DNA of 63,332 bases, filler included, from Rhabdomonas costata (lineage: Eukaryota): NCBI GenBank assembly GCA_019059605.1. It is 43 parts of 43 records of this genome, joined end to end, with 100 filler letters (N's around TTAATTAATTAA, not from the genome) between each part and the next. Parts side by side here need not be neighbours in the genome. Positions count along the whole stretch, not along the records: positions 23,597 to 24,971 come from JAHMHO010017817.1; positions 25,072 to 26,446 come from JAHMHO010017818.1; positions 26,547 to 27,921 come from JAHMHO010017819.1; positions 28,022 to 29,394 come from JAHMHO010017820.1; positions 29,495 to 30,869 come from JAHMHO010017821.1; positions 30,970 to 32,344 come from JAHMHO010017822.1; positions 32,445 to 33,819 come from JAHMHO010017823.1; positions 33,920 to 35,294 come from JAHMHO010017824.1; 35 more parts are not named here. One strand, written 5' to 3'. Under the pieces are notes generated by a model. That model was not told the DNA's origin. It did no database searches and saw only the letters and a list, made by a program, of their open reading frames with translations. A program made the position numbers and the translations under genes. This document shows positions 23,980-35,294 of this stretch, piece by piece (position 1 is the stretch's first letter; every line of letters begins with the position of its first letter).

Positions 23980-25071
23980 TTTGGGCGTCAGGGAGAGAGA
24001 GAGAGAGCGACACAATTTCGGAAAAAATGTCAACCTATGTAAGCGTCAATAAGGATGAAAAAATATTAAGGCCTAACGTAATAAGTGCACACTTTGGCTA
24101 ATTTCTTATATTTTACTAAACTGTGCCTTCTCACCTGTACACAAGCTCTCCTTCATGCTTACCTGCCCTTTGTGCCAAAGCTTCACTGCGTGGGGCACAG
24201 GAGACAGCTGCAATAGGCTGAACAGCCCTCACCAACAATTGTACAACAGTGCCCGACGCAAGCACTCCGAACTAACGGCTGCACGGGAAGGGGTGGGCAC
24301 AGGCCCTCAGCTTTTCAGAACACAGACCACCGTCAGCAGCAGAAACACCGACTCACAAATGTTTGCCAGCACAAGGGAGAAATCTGGGAAGTAGTCGTTT
24401 TGGAACTGCTGGAATTCCACCCCAAAGGAGGCAGCCCGCAGCGCCACAGATGCGGCCAGCAAAATGGAGACCAGCACCTGACCAAAACATGATGACAAGC
24501 ACATACACAGAACCCTTGCAAAAACACACAGCCCTTCTTCATTGGCCCGTAAAGCCTCCATCTCATTATTTGAGGAGCTCCTCATCAGCGCTTACCTCCT
24601 CTCCCTACCCCGTTGCCATTGACCTGTTTCCGCCAATGAAAGTTTGACATTTCGCATTTGCCATTCGTTTGGGAGAACATCACTGCAGGCTTAGCAGGCA
24701 TCCCATCCGATCCCAAGCGGAATGATTAGTAGCCCTTTCATTTAGACGAAGCAAGTGTACTTTCAATAGCATGCATAATTCTTCTGTGGGCTGCTGCGCA
24801 CATCTTCGAGCATCTCTGTTTGACTCCACAACGTCCTCCAATAAAGGGGAAGGGAGGGAGGGACCTGAAATAGGCCGAACCGCCACTGTATGGTCTGGTT
24901 CAGCATCAGAGGCTTCGCGGTCCGACCAACAACTGCCAGCGCAACCAGAAACCCACTCAGCACCCCACACCNNNNNNNNNNNNNNNNNNNNNNNNNNNNN
25001 NNNNNNNNNNNNNNNTTAATTAATTAANNNNNNNNNNNNNNNNNNNNNNNNNNNNNNNNNNNNNNNNNNNN

Positions 25072-26282
25072 GAGGACGGGGAGGATGCCGACGAAGAGGT
25101 CGAAGGGGAGTTCGACGGTATGCGTATCTGCGTCTGTCCGGATCGGTGGTCTTCTCCTGCGGAGCCAGTGAGGGATGGTCTTGAATCTCTTGTGATGATT
25201 CAAACGTTCGTAACGGATATCGATCACTGTGTGTGTGTGTGGGGGGGGGGGTGTAATAGGGCTTACCTCCTTACCACAGTTTCCAACCAATGCACATCAT
25301 CAAAGGACATCACACACAGGCACACTGGTCGGGAGTGGGAGTGTGGTGTATCACTAATAATGTTTACGCGAAATGATCGTGGGACCTCTCCCCTTTCACT
25401 CCCACAGACTTTGTGGATGACGGGGAGGTGGACACGGCGGGTGCGGCTGCCTTTGCCCTTCCCCGGGACGAAATCCAGGATGCCGCTCGAGGGGCCCGCC
25501 TCCCAGGCAGGTTTGTATTTTCGTGATGCGGGGATACATATAAAAATGCGTGCTGTCGGAGCTGAAGGCTCCGCTGATTTGTTGGGTTAGGGGCTACTAC
25601 AGGTACTTTGGGCTCTGTCTGGCTGATTTTTCCCGTATCGTCTCAGACAGTGGCCTTTATAACTCTTCATCACTCTTGGTATTTTTTATGGAAGCGCTGC
25701 CACCCTGTGCACTCCGTGGTAGTCGGTTGGTTTTGGCCGTCGAAACGACTTTTCCGAAAGTTGGTCGCCTCATCATTCGCGCACTCAGACACACTCCGAC
25801 ACACAATGCCCTGGGTCTGGACCTGTGAACCCGCGTCCACCCAACCATCAACCCGCATCCACCTTCTCGTTTCCCTCGCTTTCCGCTCACACGCTGGCCG
25901 CACTTAACGCCTTCGTCGGTTTTCCATCGTCGCTTGCATGCCAACTGCCAACCGCCGAACTCAGCTCCTATTTTCCTCTTCATTTCATGCCCTGCAGTCT
26001 TTTCCCGCTGGATTTCTTTGCCCACACCACAGACGGAACAGCTATATCGACACCATCCTGAACACGGACGTGGAAGAGCTGGTCTCCGGGATCAAGGCCC
26101 GCGCCGCGGCCCTGGGCCCCGCGGCGTACACGGACGCCGATGACGAGGGCCTGGGGGGCGGAGGCGCTGCCCAATCCACGCTGCAGGAGTCGCTGTACCC
26201 CAGCATGGCCGACCCCAAGCTGTTCGTGGTGAAGATCAAGGGCGGAATGGGCCGAGAGCTCGCGATGCGGCTGATGCAAAAG
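25072..26282 (+). CDS. SPT5: Transcription elongation factor SPT5, N-terminal part; exons 25072-25117, 25408-25510, 26033-26282
   Basis: Acidic region with DFVDD, then QESLYPSMADPKLFVVKIKGGMGRELAMRLMQK, the start of the NGN domain. Phases are consistent. Confidence 0.88.
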
Positions 26283-26546
26283 GCAACCCCCTCCCTCCCT
26301 CACTTTTTTTCCCGATCTTACTTCCCCCTTCCTTGACCGGCAGTTGGCTGTGCATGCGTGGCATTTCGCCTCAAAAAAGTCTGAGATTCGGCAAGAACGC
26401 CAAAGAAATGTGGAAGGAAAGGGGTTTTCACATCGGCATTCCCAACNNNNNNNNNNNNNNNNNNNNNNNNNNNNNNNNNNNNNNNNNNNNTTAATTAATT
26501 AANNNNNNNNNNNNNNNNNNNNNNNNNNNNNNNNNNNNNNNNNNNN

Positions 26547-27921
26547 CTGCCGAGCTGGGGCGTCTGGAGGTGATGGAGTTTGTGCTGCGGCGGCGAAGCC
26601 GTAGGCTGTACACCTACGCCGGGATGGAGGCCCAGCTGTACAGCCTGCAGGACCTGGACAACTTCCCGACCTTCTTCTACACCGGGCGGTACCCTGATGC
26701 CCCTTGTGTGCTGGACGTCCTGGCGAGGTACACGTGGAACAGCCGGCTGGACGCGCAGCTGCGGGTACTCGATGTCCTTCCCTCTCTCTTTTACTGTCCG
26801 GATCACGGTTTAAAATGGGTGAGGAAAGTAGAAGAACAATTTTTAGGAGATTGGCTTTTCATACCAGCGCTTGAGGTTTCCGAGTTGTAGATTTTCGGAG
26901 TCACGGTGTTCTGCTCGATATGCTAAGCCTCCGATCTGCCGATTCCAAATTTCCGCAACTGAGGGCTAGTTGAGTGAGGCTTTGGTGGGATCTGTTCATA
27001 ATATCATTCTGTTAATACACTCCTGGCTTGCGTTGGATTTTTGCCTTTCCGCCCCCCGACTCTGCCATCCTTTTGGCAACGTTTCTTGCTCCTTATTGTG
27101 ATCCTTATTATTTTTTATGAGAGTTGGACTGGATAGTATAGGGTGGATGCTGCCATTTGGACCATACTCTCAGGGTAACTTCTTAGAGGTTTTGCGCATA
27201 CCCCTAGTTTTGGGATCCAAGCCGCTCAATACCCGAATGCATCCGGGAAAGCAGCACATCTAGTGAAACACAGAAGAGCGAATACCAGTGCCACGGCATT
27301 AAAATAGTTCCCCGGATCCCGCACGCTACTAGCCTTTTTGCCTGCATCGCCCTCTAACCCCCCTACGAGACCAAAAGCCTCTCCTCGGGAACAAGAGCGA
27401 CGCCCCCACCATCCAGCTCCAGCACCTATGATCTAGGCCACGGAGAACAGCGGAGCTAGAACCTTCAAAAATATGTGAAAGCAAGGGGTGCATATCCGTT
27501 ACTTGGGTAGGAGGGGGGGGGGTGCACCTGCGTTAGGAGCACCTCACTCGGCCGGACGTGGCTTTGGTTTGGACTCAGACTTTGTTTCCGGATTGCGTTG
27601 TGTCTCCACGAGTTGCTCAGGACTCAAGATATGGAATTGCCCGCGCCCATACCAACCGAGCTTCAAACTGTGAGCTCCTTCATCCCCGGAATCGTCGGAT
27701 TATCGAGCGGTCAAGGGACATTCCGGGAACCTGTCTTCGTCCCTTGAGCAATCCTCCTACTGCTGCTTACTTCTGCTCTGTCCTTGTGCGGGGCAGCGGG
27801 CAGGCGGAAACCTTATCGTACAGACGAGATCTCCTCCTCCTCTTCCTTATCTTCCCTGTGCACAGATCCTGGAGCACCCCGTGATTGCCAACCTCGCGGA
27901 TAAGAAGTGGACCACCCCACC
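26547..27921 (+). CDS. TRPV-like cation channel fragment (last ankyrin repeat to pre-S1); exons 26547-26764 and 27866-27921
   Basis: AELGRLEVMEFVL..LYTYAGMEAQLYSLQDLDN..CVLDVL..QLR|ILEHPVIANLADKKW parallels TRPV W.YGP....LYDL..ID..S.LE.I..IL...P...L...KW. Confidence 0.7.
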
Positions 27922-28876
27922 NNNNNNNNNNNNNNNNNNNNNNNNNNNNNNNNNNNNNNNNNNNNTTAATTAATTAANNNNNNNNNNNNNNNNNNNNNNN
28001 NNNNNNNNNNNNNNNNNNNNNTGTGTGGGTGAGGTCTCCGCAGCAGACCGACCAGGCAACACGGTCAGAGGGTCGATAAAGCAGCCCGGCATAACTTGGC
28101 GCCCACGCGCTCAGGAAGAGATCCTTCCAGTGGACCAGCTGCCACTGCCGGTGCCCCGCCCTCCGGCCGCTGCTGCCGCGGAACCTGCTGCGGAGACCTC
28201 ACCCCCATATCCTTACTCTACGGCCGAGCTTGACCCCGAGGATGAGGTTGGCATGTGCGTGCTTGTATCTGTGGGTGTGACTGAATTCCTCTTTTTGTTT
28301 GTGTGTGGTTTTGGCGGGACCTCCGACACCCCCAATCTACCGGTTCCTGGACTTGCAACCAATCAGAGGGCTCTTGGAAATGGGGAGAGTGGAAAAGACC
28401 GCTTTCTTGAGCCGAAATCGCACCAGTGGAACCCATGCAAACTATCCATAACATTGTCCTGCATGGAGCACCCAAGATCTTGAGCTACCTTGGGTGGATA
28501 TCCTGAAACAAAGCGATACCGTACTTTGGCCTAACAAAAAATTGCTCGAATTTCTGTACCGTCTCTCAACATTCCATTGCCCTGAGCCCCCGTGCCTGTC
28601 TCAATCATAGCAGGATCTCTCACTACCTTCAAACACCAGCAGTCTCGGAGTGTAAATGTAATACCACGGGTTCCAAAGGCACACATCCCACATGAGAGAC
28701 AAAGCCCGAGCTGGATCTGGCACAGGTTTCATAATTGCTGGTTGTCCTTACTTGGTGGTATGGTAGTACTCCTGAGTTGAGTTCACTCGCAGCTTCTCAG
28801 TCTTTGGCAACATCTCTAAATTGTAGGCGTATCTTACGAACGCTTCCGATTTGGATTTCACCCAAAAAACGCAAAG

Positions 28877-29041
28877 CAATACCTCCGTGACGTGGGTGCG
28901 ACGTCCATCTACGAAGAGCTCACCAATGTGTTGCTGGCCCACAAGCCCCGGAAGGAGCACGTGGTGCATCTCATTCGAAGCTTTCTGGATGCCAAGAGGG
29001 TGGACGTCACCGCACCAGCGGCCGCAGCGATGATCTCGTAA
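28877..29041 (+). CDS. Terminal exon with an RIIa/DPY-30-like docking domain (probable upstream Pro/Ala-rich exon near 28110-28246)
   Basis: QYLRDVGATSIYEELTNVLLAHKPRKEHVVHLIRSFL...stop fits the YL....I..L...LL..KP.....FL pattern. Confidence 0.6.
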   Translation, partial: QYLRDVGATSIYEELTNVLLAHKPRKEHVVHLIRSFLDAKRVDVTAPAAAAMIS

Positions 29042-29808
29042 AAATGCCCTGAGAACCCGATCGATTCCCAGTCTGATGCTTCGGCTTTCTTTCTGTGCGT
29101 CATTCTTTCCATTTTTGCATGTTTTGTGTTATATTCTGCTCATTCATGGTCGCATGTCAAGCTCTTAGTTTTCTTAGCGTGAAAATGTGCATTTGTTTCT
29201 GATTCTGCTATTTTCCTGTTCTGCAAATTGAACGTTGCTGAGGTGCTGTTCCTTTGCGGTTCTTGAAGCACTGGAAGAAGAGAAGCAATGAGGCTCAGAA
29301 AGATGTCCTTCGGTGTTGGGGCAGAGATTGTGGCTTGCGGGTACCTACGGCAACTCCCCTCCCATATGCTACCCCTCCCTCTTTCCCCTAAAAANNNNNN
29401 NNNNNNNNNNNNNNNNNNNNNNNNNNNNNNNNNNNNNNTTAATTAATTAANNNNNNNNNNNNNNNNNNNNNNNNNNNNNNNNNNNNNNNNNNNNGTTGGT
29501 GGGGACGGGGCTTATGTACGACACTGGTATGTGAGCCGGAGGTGCCAGAAGACTGTTGGTGCTGGGTGGGATGCATTTTCCCATTGTGATACTGCCCGCG
29601 TGATGTATGATGCAATCCTCTCTCGCTCTCGCTCTCTCTCTCTCTTTGTTGGTTAGCTTTTCAATCGATAGATGCTTTCATTGCTCTTGTCTTTTTTGAA
29701 TGTTTTTTGAATTGGCTGCTTTTGGCAGGGAAACCGTCAGACTGCTGCTGTCGTTGCTCTCTGCTTCCTTCTCATCTTCCTCTGTGTCACTGATTACTCG
29801 GGAAAAAG

Positions 29809-30708
29809 GTGGGCTGGCGCTGAAGCCCCGGACGGGGATGGTGGAAATGAAGAACGACATGGGGGGCTCCGCGGCGTGCCTGGGAGCCTTCCTGGCGGCC
29901 CTGCCCGAGGCCCTCCCGCTGGACCTGCACTGCGTGCTGTGCGTCGCGGAGAATGCCATTGGCCCGGACGCGCAGAGGCGCGTACCCCTCCCCCTCCCCC
30001 CAACAGCCCTGCAGGCAGTTGCTTCACAAGCAGATCATAACACCCGCTGTGTTTCTGCCCAGCATACCCATTGGTAACCGGTCATTGGGCTGCATTTACG
30101 GTTCTCGTGCAAGCCCCTCGCATTGGCTACTCCCTCTGCCTTTCGTGTGCCAACATTCTATGGATCCTCCTTGCTTCCTTCCACCGTTCAGAAATGACGA
30201 CGTTGTCACGATGTACTCGGGTAAGACTGTGGAGATCACCAACACAGACGCGGAGGGTCGTCTGGTGCTTGCGGTGTGCACCCACCCCTCTCCCCTCCGC
30301 TCATACTGCCTTCTTTTCTGGGAGCAGGTGTTCTCATTGGGCACGGGCACTTCATTATTGGGTTACTTTACAATGCAGCTTTTTGACAGCTTTTTACCGT
30401 CCAGCATGAACCTGTTACCTGTTTACAGCAAGCCCAATTTTATCAGCCACCCACCTTTTCACGAGGGTGGTGAGCATCCATTTCTTCAGGAGTGCTGGTG
30501 GGGCCCAGACCTCTCCCCATCCCTGCTGTCACCTGCATCCACAGGACGGTATTGCGTACGCCTGCCGCCATCTCAGCCCCAAGGTGATCGTCGACCTGGC
30601 CACTCTGACAGGGGCCCAGAAGCAGGTCACCGGCGCCCTGTTCGCTGGAGTGATGGCCAACACGGAGCAGGCCGAGGCCCTTGCCGTGGCCGCGGGGAAG
30701 TACTCCGG
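29809..30708 (+). CDS. M17 leucyl aminopeptidase, NPEPL1-like; exons 29809-29977, 30192-30273, 30545-30708
   Basis: GGLALKP..MKNDMGGSAA...AENAIGPDAQR|NDDVVTMYSGKTVEITNTDAEGRLVLA|DGIAYAC..DLATLTGAQ. The first intron is GC-AG. Confidence 0.93.
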
Positions 30709-31581
30709 GTATGCCGCAGAACAGGGATTATGTTTATTCACCACCGGGACGTTATTCGGGGAAGAAGGGGGGGATGGGGCAGAAGGTATCCTGTGTAACA
30801 CTTTTTCGCACAACGTTTTTAGGACTTGAGACATTGGCCTTTTCCTGAAGAGAAGATCCCAAAACCCCCNNNNNNNNNNNNNNNNNNNNNNNNNNNNNNN
30901 NNNNNNNNNNNNNTTAATTAATTAANNNNNNNNNNNNNNNNNNNNNNNNNNNNNNNNNNNNNNNNNNNNGGTGGGTTGTCTCATTTGGGCATACTTTTTG
31001 CGTCGTGGTCAGCCGTAATTTTGAGGATTTTGACCCCTCATGACTTGTCATCGTCAGGTGCTTTTTAAATGTCCTCCACTTGAGTTTCTTGCCTATATCC
31101 GTCGGTTGAAATTGCTGTCTCCATCGCCTTCATTTAAAGTTGCGCTTTTCGTGATGCCTTTTATACTCGTTCGTTGTGCCTTCTCGGGGAGCACCAGGAC
31201 CGCTTCTTGAGATATATTCTGGTTCCAGCCGAATGGCTGAGCACGGGCCCACTGATGCGACGCCCGAGCGTCGTGAAGTAGCTGAGGGCTCTGTTTCCCT
31301 TCCCGCTGGTGTGTCTTTGCCTGATCACTTCTGGCCCATAATCTCTGAATGATGTAGTGCATGTGTTTGTGTGGTTGGGTGGGTCGGAGATTGAACGCGA
31401 CAATAAGCTCATTTGTTCGTTCGTTCGTTGATTCTTGTGTGTTTAGGTTTAGGGACCGGGCACCGACCAAGTAATTTTCCAAAGCTTCCAGTGTATAATC
31501 AGCCCAAAGAGGAAAGACAGGGACATGGGGTCGAGGTCATTGAGGTCATCAAAGATCAGTTTCGATGATTTGTATCCTTAG

Positions 31582-31816
31582 GCCGCAGGAATTCCGAAGG
31601 ACCCTCCGATACCTTGGAAGCAGCCGCTGGCAGTGGAACTGCTCCGTTCCCCGCTCCTTTTGGGGACCCCTCTGCAATTCCCGATCCCCCGGTGACCTTT
31701 CTTTGTGGGCGGTGGTGGAGCACCGCGCTGGTGGTTTCCCTGGGGTATATCGGGTGCCTGGTGATGATGTCACAGACTCAGCAGTGGGCGCCGATTATCC
31801 TGCAGGACGGCAGTGG
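31582..31816 (+). CDS. Probable exon of an unknown protein
   Basis: GC-rich open stretch between a ccttag acceptor and a TGG|GTGTGT donor; no motif recognised. Confidence 0.3.
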
Positions 31817-32501
31817 GTGTGTGCATGAGACCGAGAGGGGTTGGCCTTTGATTTTGCTTTGGCCACACGGCGTACGAGGTGTAATAACTTCCTGCTCTGA
31901 TTGCCTTGACGCGCAGAACATGTGTTGGGATTATGTCCTAGATAGACTATGGCATTTTGAGGATAGCGAGTTAGTGGACGACTCACTCGTTGATCTCTCC
32001 CGCAAAAGTCAGATGCCCATTCACGGGACAAGCAGCGTTGTGACCTCTGGGGGGAAATGAGGCTTTATAGGAAATACTGTCGTACCTGCTGCACACGGCG
32101 TATCGGCCGTGTTGATTTTTGACGGTGTGAGTTGCGGTTGCTCACATTTTCAAAAGATCATAAAGCGTAAGCATCTCAAAAAAGAACCTGAAGACAGAGG
32201 TGGGTACAATTCTAAAGTAACGCCTTTTAATTCTTCTAACTGGCCCTCTCTCTCCCAGCCTTCGTGACCCATGGACTTCCAACCCGGTATGGGATAATTG
32301 GCCCTCGCTGCTTGTGACTGAATCTGCCTTCTTCTTCTCGAAGGNNNNNNNNNNNNNNNNNNNNNNNNNNNNNNNNNNNNNNNNNNNNTTAATTAATTAA
32401 NNNNNNNNNNNNNNNNNNNNNNNNNNNNNNNNNNNNNNNNNNNNGGTTGGGTGTGTTGGGCGGGTTTGATGTCTCCGTGCACAACCTGTGCTGTGTGTGC
32501 C

Positions 32502-33113
32502 GGTAGCAAAGGCCCGACCTTCCAAGATGGACACGCCAGCAAACGACCAAGATGACAGAAAATTAAATGGCTTTACTTCGGCTGTGTTCCCGGACTTTGT
32601 TTTACTTTTTGTTTTCCTTTATTTTTTGAATGTTGCCGCTTTAGGACGAGTTGAAAATTGCCAGTGACGAAGGAAAACTCAGAAAATGGATGGTAAAATA
32701 CAAGATTATGGGTGCAACGGATGAAGGTCCTACTTGTGGGGCCGCCATGAAGCCTGCAGAGCGCAGAGATAAGCCTGGCTCCCGATGAACTTCCAATGAT
32801 TGCCGGAGGAGGGTTTCGGCTGCCTCTTCTGGTCTTTTGGAGGGCTCTAAGCTGTCTTCTTTAGAGCTACCCAGATGCTTGGAAACTCATCTGAGACTGT
32901 ATCTGCGTGGTCTGCGAGGTTCCGACGGTGTGTTCTTAACCAACAAGAGGCAAATACTGACCACGTTCTGGGGTACGTGAAGGAGTTCCAGTGGCGTAAC
33001 AATATGGGCAACGCTGACCTTTTTGTAAAGCTGTGTGAACATATTCGTGACGGTTATTTCCAGTCGACTGACTTCGTATTCGTCTTGCAGGGGGTTAGGG
33101 AGCCATGCCTACC
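32502..33113 (+). mobile_element. Internally deleted Merlin (IS1595/ISXO2-like) DNA transposon remnant
   Basis: A decayed N-terminal Zn-ribbon (TCGAAM...CRRRVS...LLEGSKLS, with in-frame stops) is joined to the C-terminal HVLGYVKEFQWRNN..DLFVKLCEHI, with the DDE core absent. Imperfect GGTAG...CAAGA.G.A.ACG terminal inverted repeats. Confidence 0.75.
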
Positions 33114-33550
33114 ACTCATAGGATTCAGGATGCGTTTAATGGGGTTAGGAAGCGTTCCCAGGGGGCGGGGAAACCTACCCTTTTTTCTGGGTACACTGCC
33201 GAAGTAATGCCAATTATTATCGCCAGTAATGAAAACCTCCGGTCAAATGTGCACACGCTTTCCAGTGTGGAGGGCTTCGACGACAGCTGGCATACTTTAT
33301 TTTCCACAGAATGCTAAAATCTCTTTGACGCAAGTCCCACACGTTTCAATAATGATTCAACATTGTTGGCAATCTTGTTTACTGTATTGATGAAAAAACC
33401 AAACATCCTCCCATCCTCCCGCCAGACGGCGTCGTCTTTTTATTCGTGCAGACCAAGAACCGCTCCCAAGGGACAGTGCAAGATCATACTTCAGCGGAAC
33501 CCCACACGGACCCTCACATATCCCTTCATATAAAGGGGCAGAGTAGATGC

Positions 33551-33761
33551 CTTCGCTATGTAGGAAGTGGAGACCATCCAGGATCTGCTTCAGATAGTCC
33601 CGGCAGTTCCTCACATGGATCCTTCCTGCCCTCCGCCGAACGACATCCAAGGACTGCTCCAAGCGCTCCATCACCAGCATTAGTCGGCCGTCAAGCTCCA
33701 GCACGTCGAAGAGTCGCACTATGTGCGCGTGGCCCTTCTGGAGCAGCTTGAGGACATCCAC
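33551..33761 (-). CDS. Ser/Thr kinase (CDK/CMGC-like) exon, subdomains III-VIa
   Basis: HAHIVRLFDVLELDGRLMLVMERLEQSL...YLKQILDGLHFLHSEG; probable AG|GC donor. Confidence 0.85.
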
Positions 33762-34043
33762 CTGGGCATATTTATGCAATGAGCCGCCTGAGGCACCTGG
33801 TCAGTTGAACAGTCCGTAGNNNNNNNNNNNNNNNNNNNNNNNNNNNNNNNNNNNNNNNNNNNNTTAATTAATTAANNNNNNNNNNNNNNNNNNNNNNNNN
33901 NNNNNNNNNNNNNNNNNNNGGGGGGGTGGGGGGAGCTGTTTCTGCGCAGAATATTTGGAGGTAGCAGGGGTGGTGGTGAGACAGGGTTGGACGTGACTCA
34001 CGAACACAGTGGTTGATGTTGGTCATCTTGGGATTGTGTGATG

Positions 34044-34245
34044 GTCGGCCTACTGCGGGCTTGGGCACCTGAGCGTAGTGAGGGTGGCCAAGACCGCAGC
34101 AGTGAGTTCAGCATCTAGGGAGCATGCGAGCTGAGGGGCCCCATGACACACGAGCGCAGCGAGCGAGGCATGGGGATTGAGACATTACGAGCGTAGCGAG
34201 ACACATCAGTGAGGAACGAAGTGACGAAGCGTTACTCGGGGCCCC
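34044..34245 (+). repeat. Conserved-block structured element, copy 2, with GCGNAGC motifs
   Basis: Same collinear blocks as 4085-4259. TGGGGATTGA, GAGCGTAGCGAG and GAGCGCAGCGAG are also shared with the minus strand of 55554-55861. Confidence 0.85.
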
Positions 34246-34658
34246 TCCCTTAGCATCATCCCTACACTCAACCCCTCAGCAGGCATCTTCACATCTTACG
34301 GTGGGTGCGTCAGGGGGAGGGGCCCTTCCTTCAACACCCATCATTGCATCCCTAAGGTGGGTCTAGCGGTAGAGGTTGGATTCCTCACTCGTAACCCCTC
34401 AGGTAGGGTGGAAGGGTTGACATCCATCACTCGGTCTCACTTCAACCGCCGGAGGCAGCATCAGTCACCATCATCAACCCTTGCATCGTGGTAGTGGTGG
34501 AGTGAGGGATGTCGAGTTGGACTGACGAGGCATCCCGAACGCAGGGTTGAGCTTGTGTTTGTATGGTCGCCCTCTGCGGGCTCCACTACGCGTCCTTCCA
34601 CCTCAGGTTGGCATTGGTTGGTTGAGTGGAGGGGTAGCCTTAGTTATAAGTCAGGTAG

Positions 34659-34928
34659 GGTGGGTTCAGCGACCGTCATGCCCTCACCCTCCGTCTCCCT
34701 CTCCCTCTCTACGTCACAGATGGGGTTACTGCACGGCTCACCCCACGTATCCATGGTCGGCCTCAGCACATACGCTTGAGTGGCATACACCACCGGTCAC
34801 GTATGACCTTAGCTCACCAGGTGTTGGTGGCCTCATCCGTATGTTGCCAGGCGTACCTGATATGCTCGTTTGGACTACTGCTTGCTCAAGACAGCTCTCA
34901 ACGGCTTCTGCGACGGATGGAACTATAG
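34659..34928 (+). other. Stop-free frame weakly resembling the atp6 C-terminus
   Basis: ALTLRL...(52 codons from R to Q)...CCQAYLICSFGLLLAQD versus human ATP6 ALAVRL...(51)...LIQAYVFTLLVSLYLHD. The middle part is too polar as encoded. Confidence 0.3.
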
Positions 34929-35029
34929 AGCGGCGTCTGGGAATGTTACACCTCTCGTGGAGGAAGGAATACCACCGGAAAAACGAACGTGAGCAGCACC
35001 TGAGGATCACACCGGAGTCAAACAGAAAC

Positions 35030-35294
35030 CCAACAACAAATGGAAACCGTAACCCCTACCCATGAATGACGGAATAGCCCACAGCAAGTACATCAGAGAC
35101 ACGAAACCCGACACAAAGACCCCAACCGAAATTCCCACACACCCTCCAACCCGACCCACCTCAACTTCCACGGCAACCCACCAACGCCCATCACCACAGC
35201 CCAACCAGCACACCAACTCCCACTCCACAACCCCCACCAACACAAAAACCAACACCAACGCCAACACCATCATTGCCCCAACCCCCACCCACAA
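35030..35294 (+). repeat. A/C-skewed low-complexity tract
   Basis: Strongly A/C-dominated (ccaac/accc units) up to the contig end. Confidence 0.8.

Noticed and set aside
34506-34545. CTGACGAG...CGAAC as a hammerhead ribozyme
   Set aside because: The core has GAAC instead of GAAA, stems I and III were not found, and a competing GGGATG/CATCCC hairpin explains the segment.
34740-34880. cox1-like words PW....TLEW..PP and GLIRMLPGVPD
   Set aside because: They occur in the reverse order to cox1 and overlap the better atp6-like frame, so they are probably chance.
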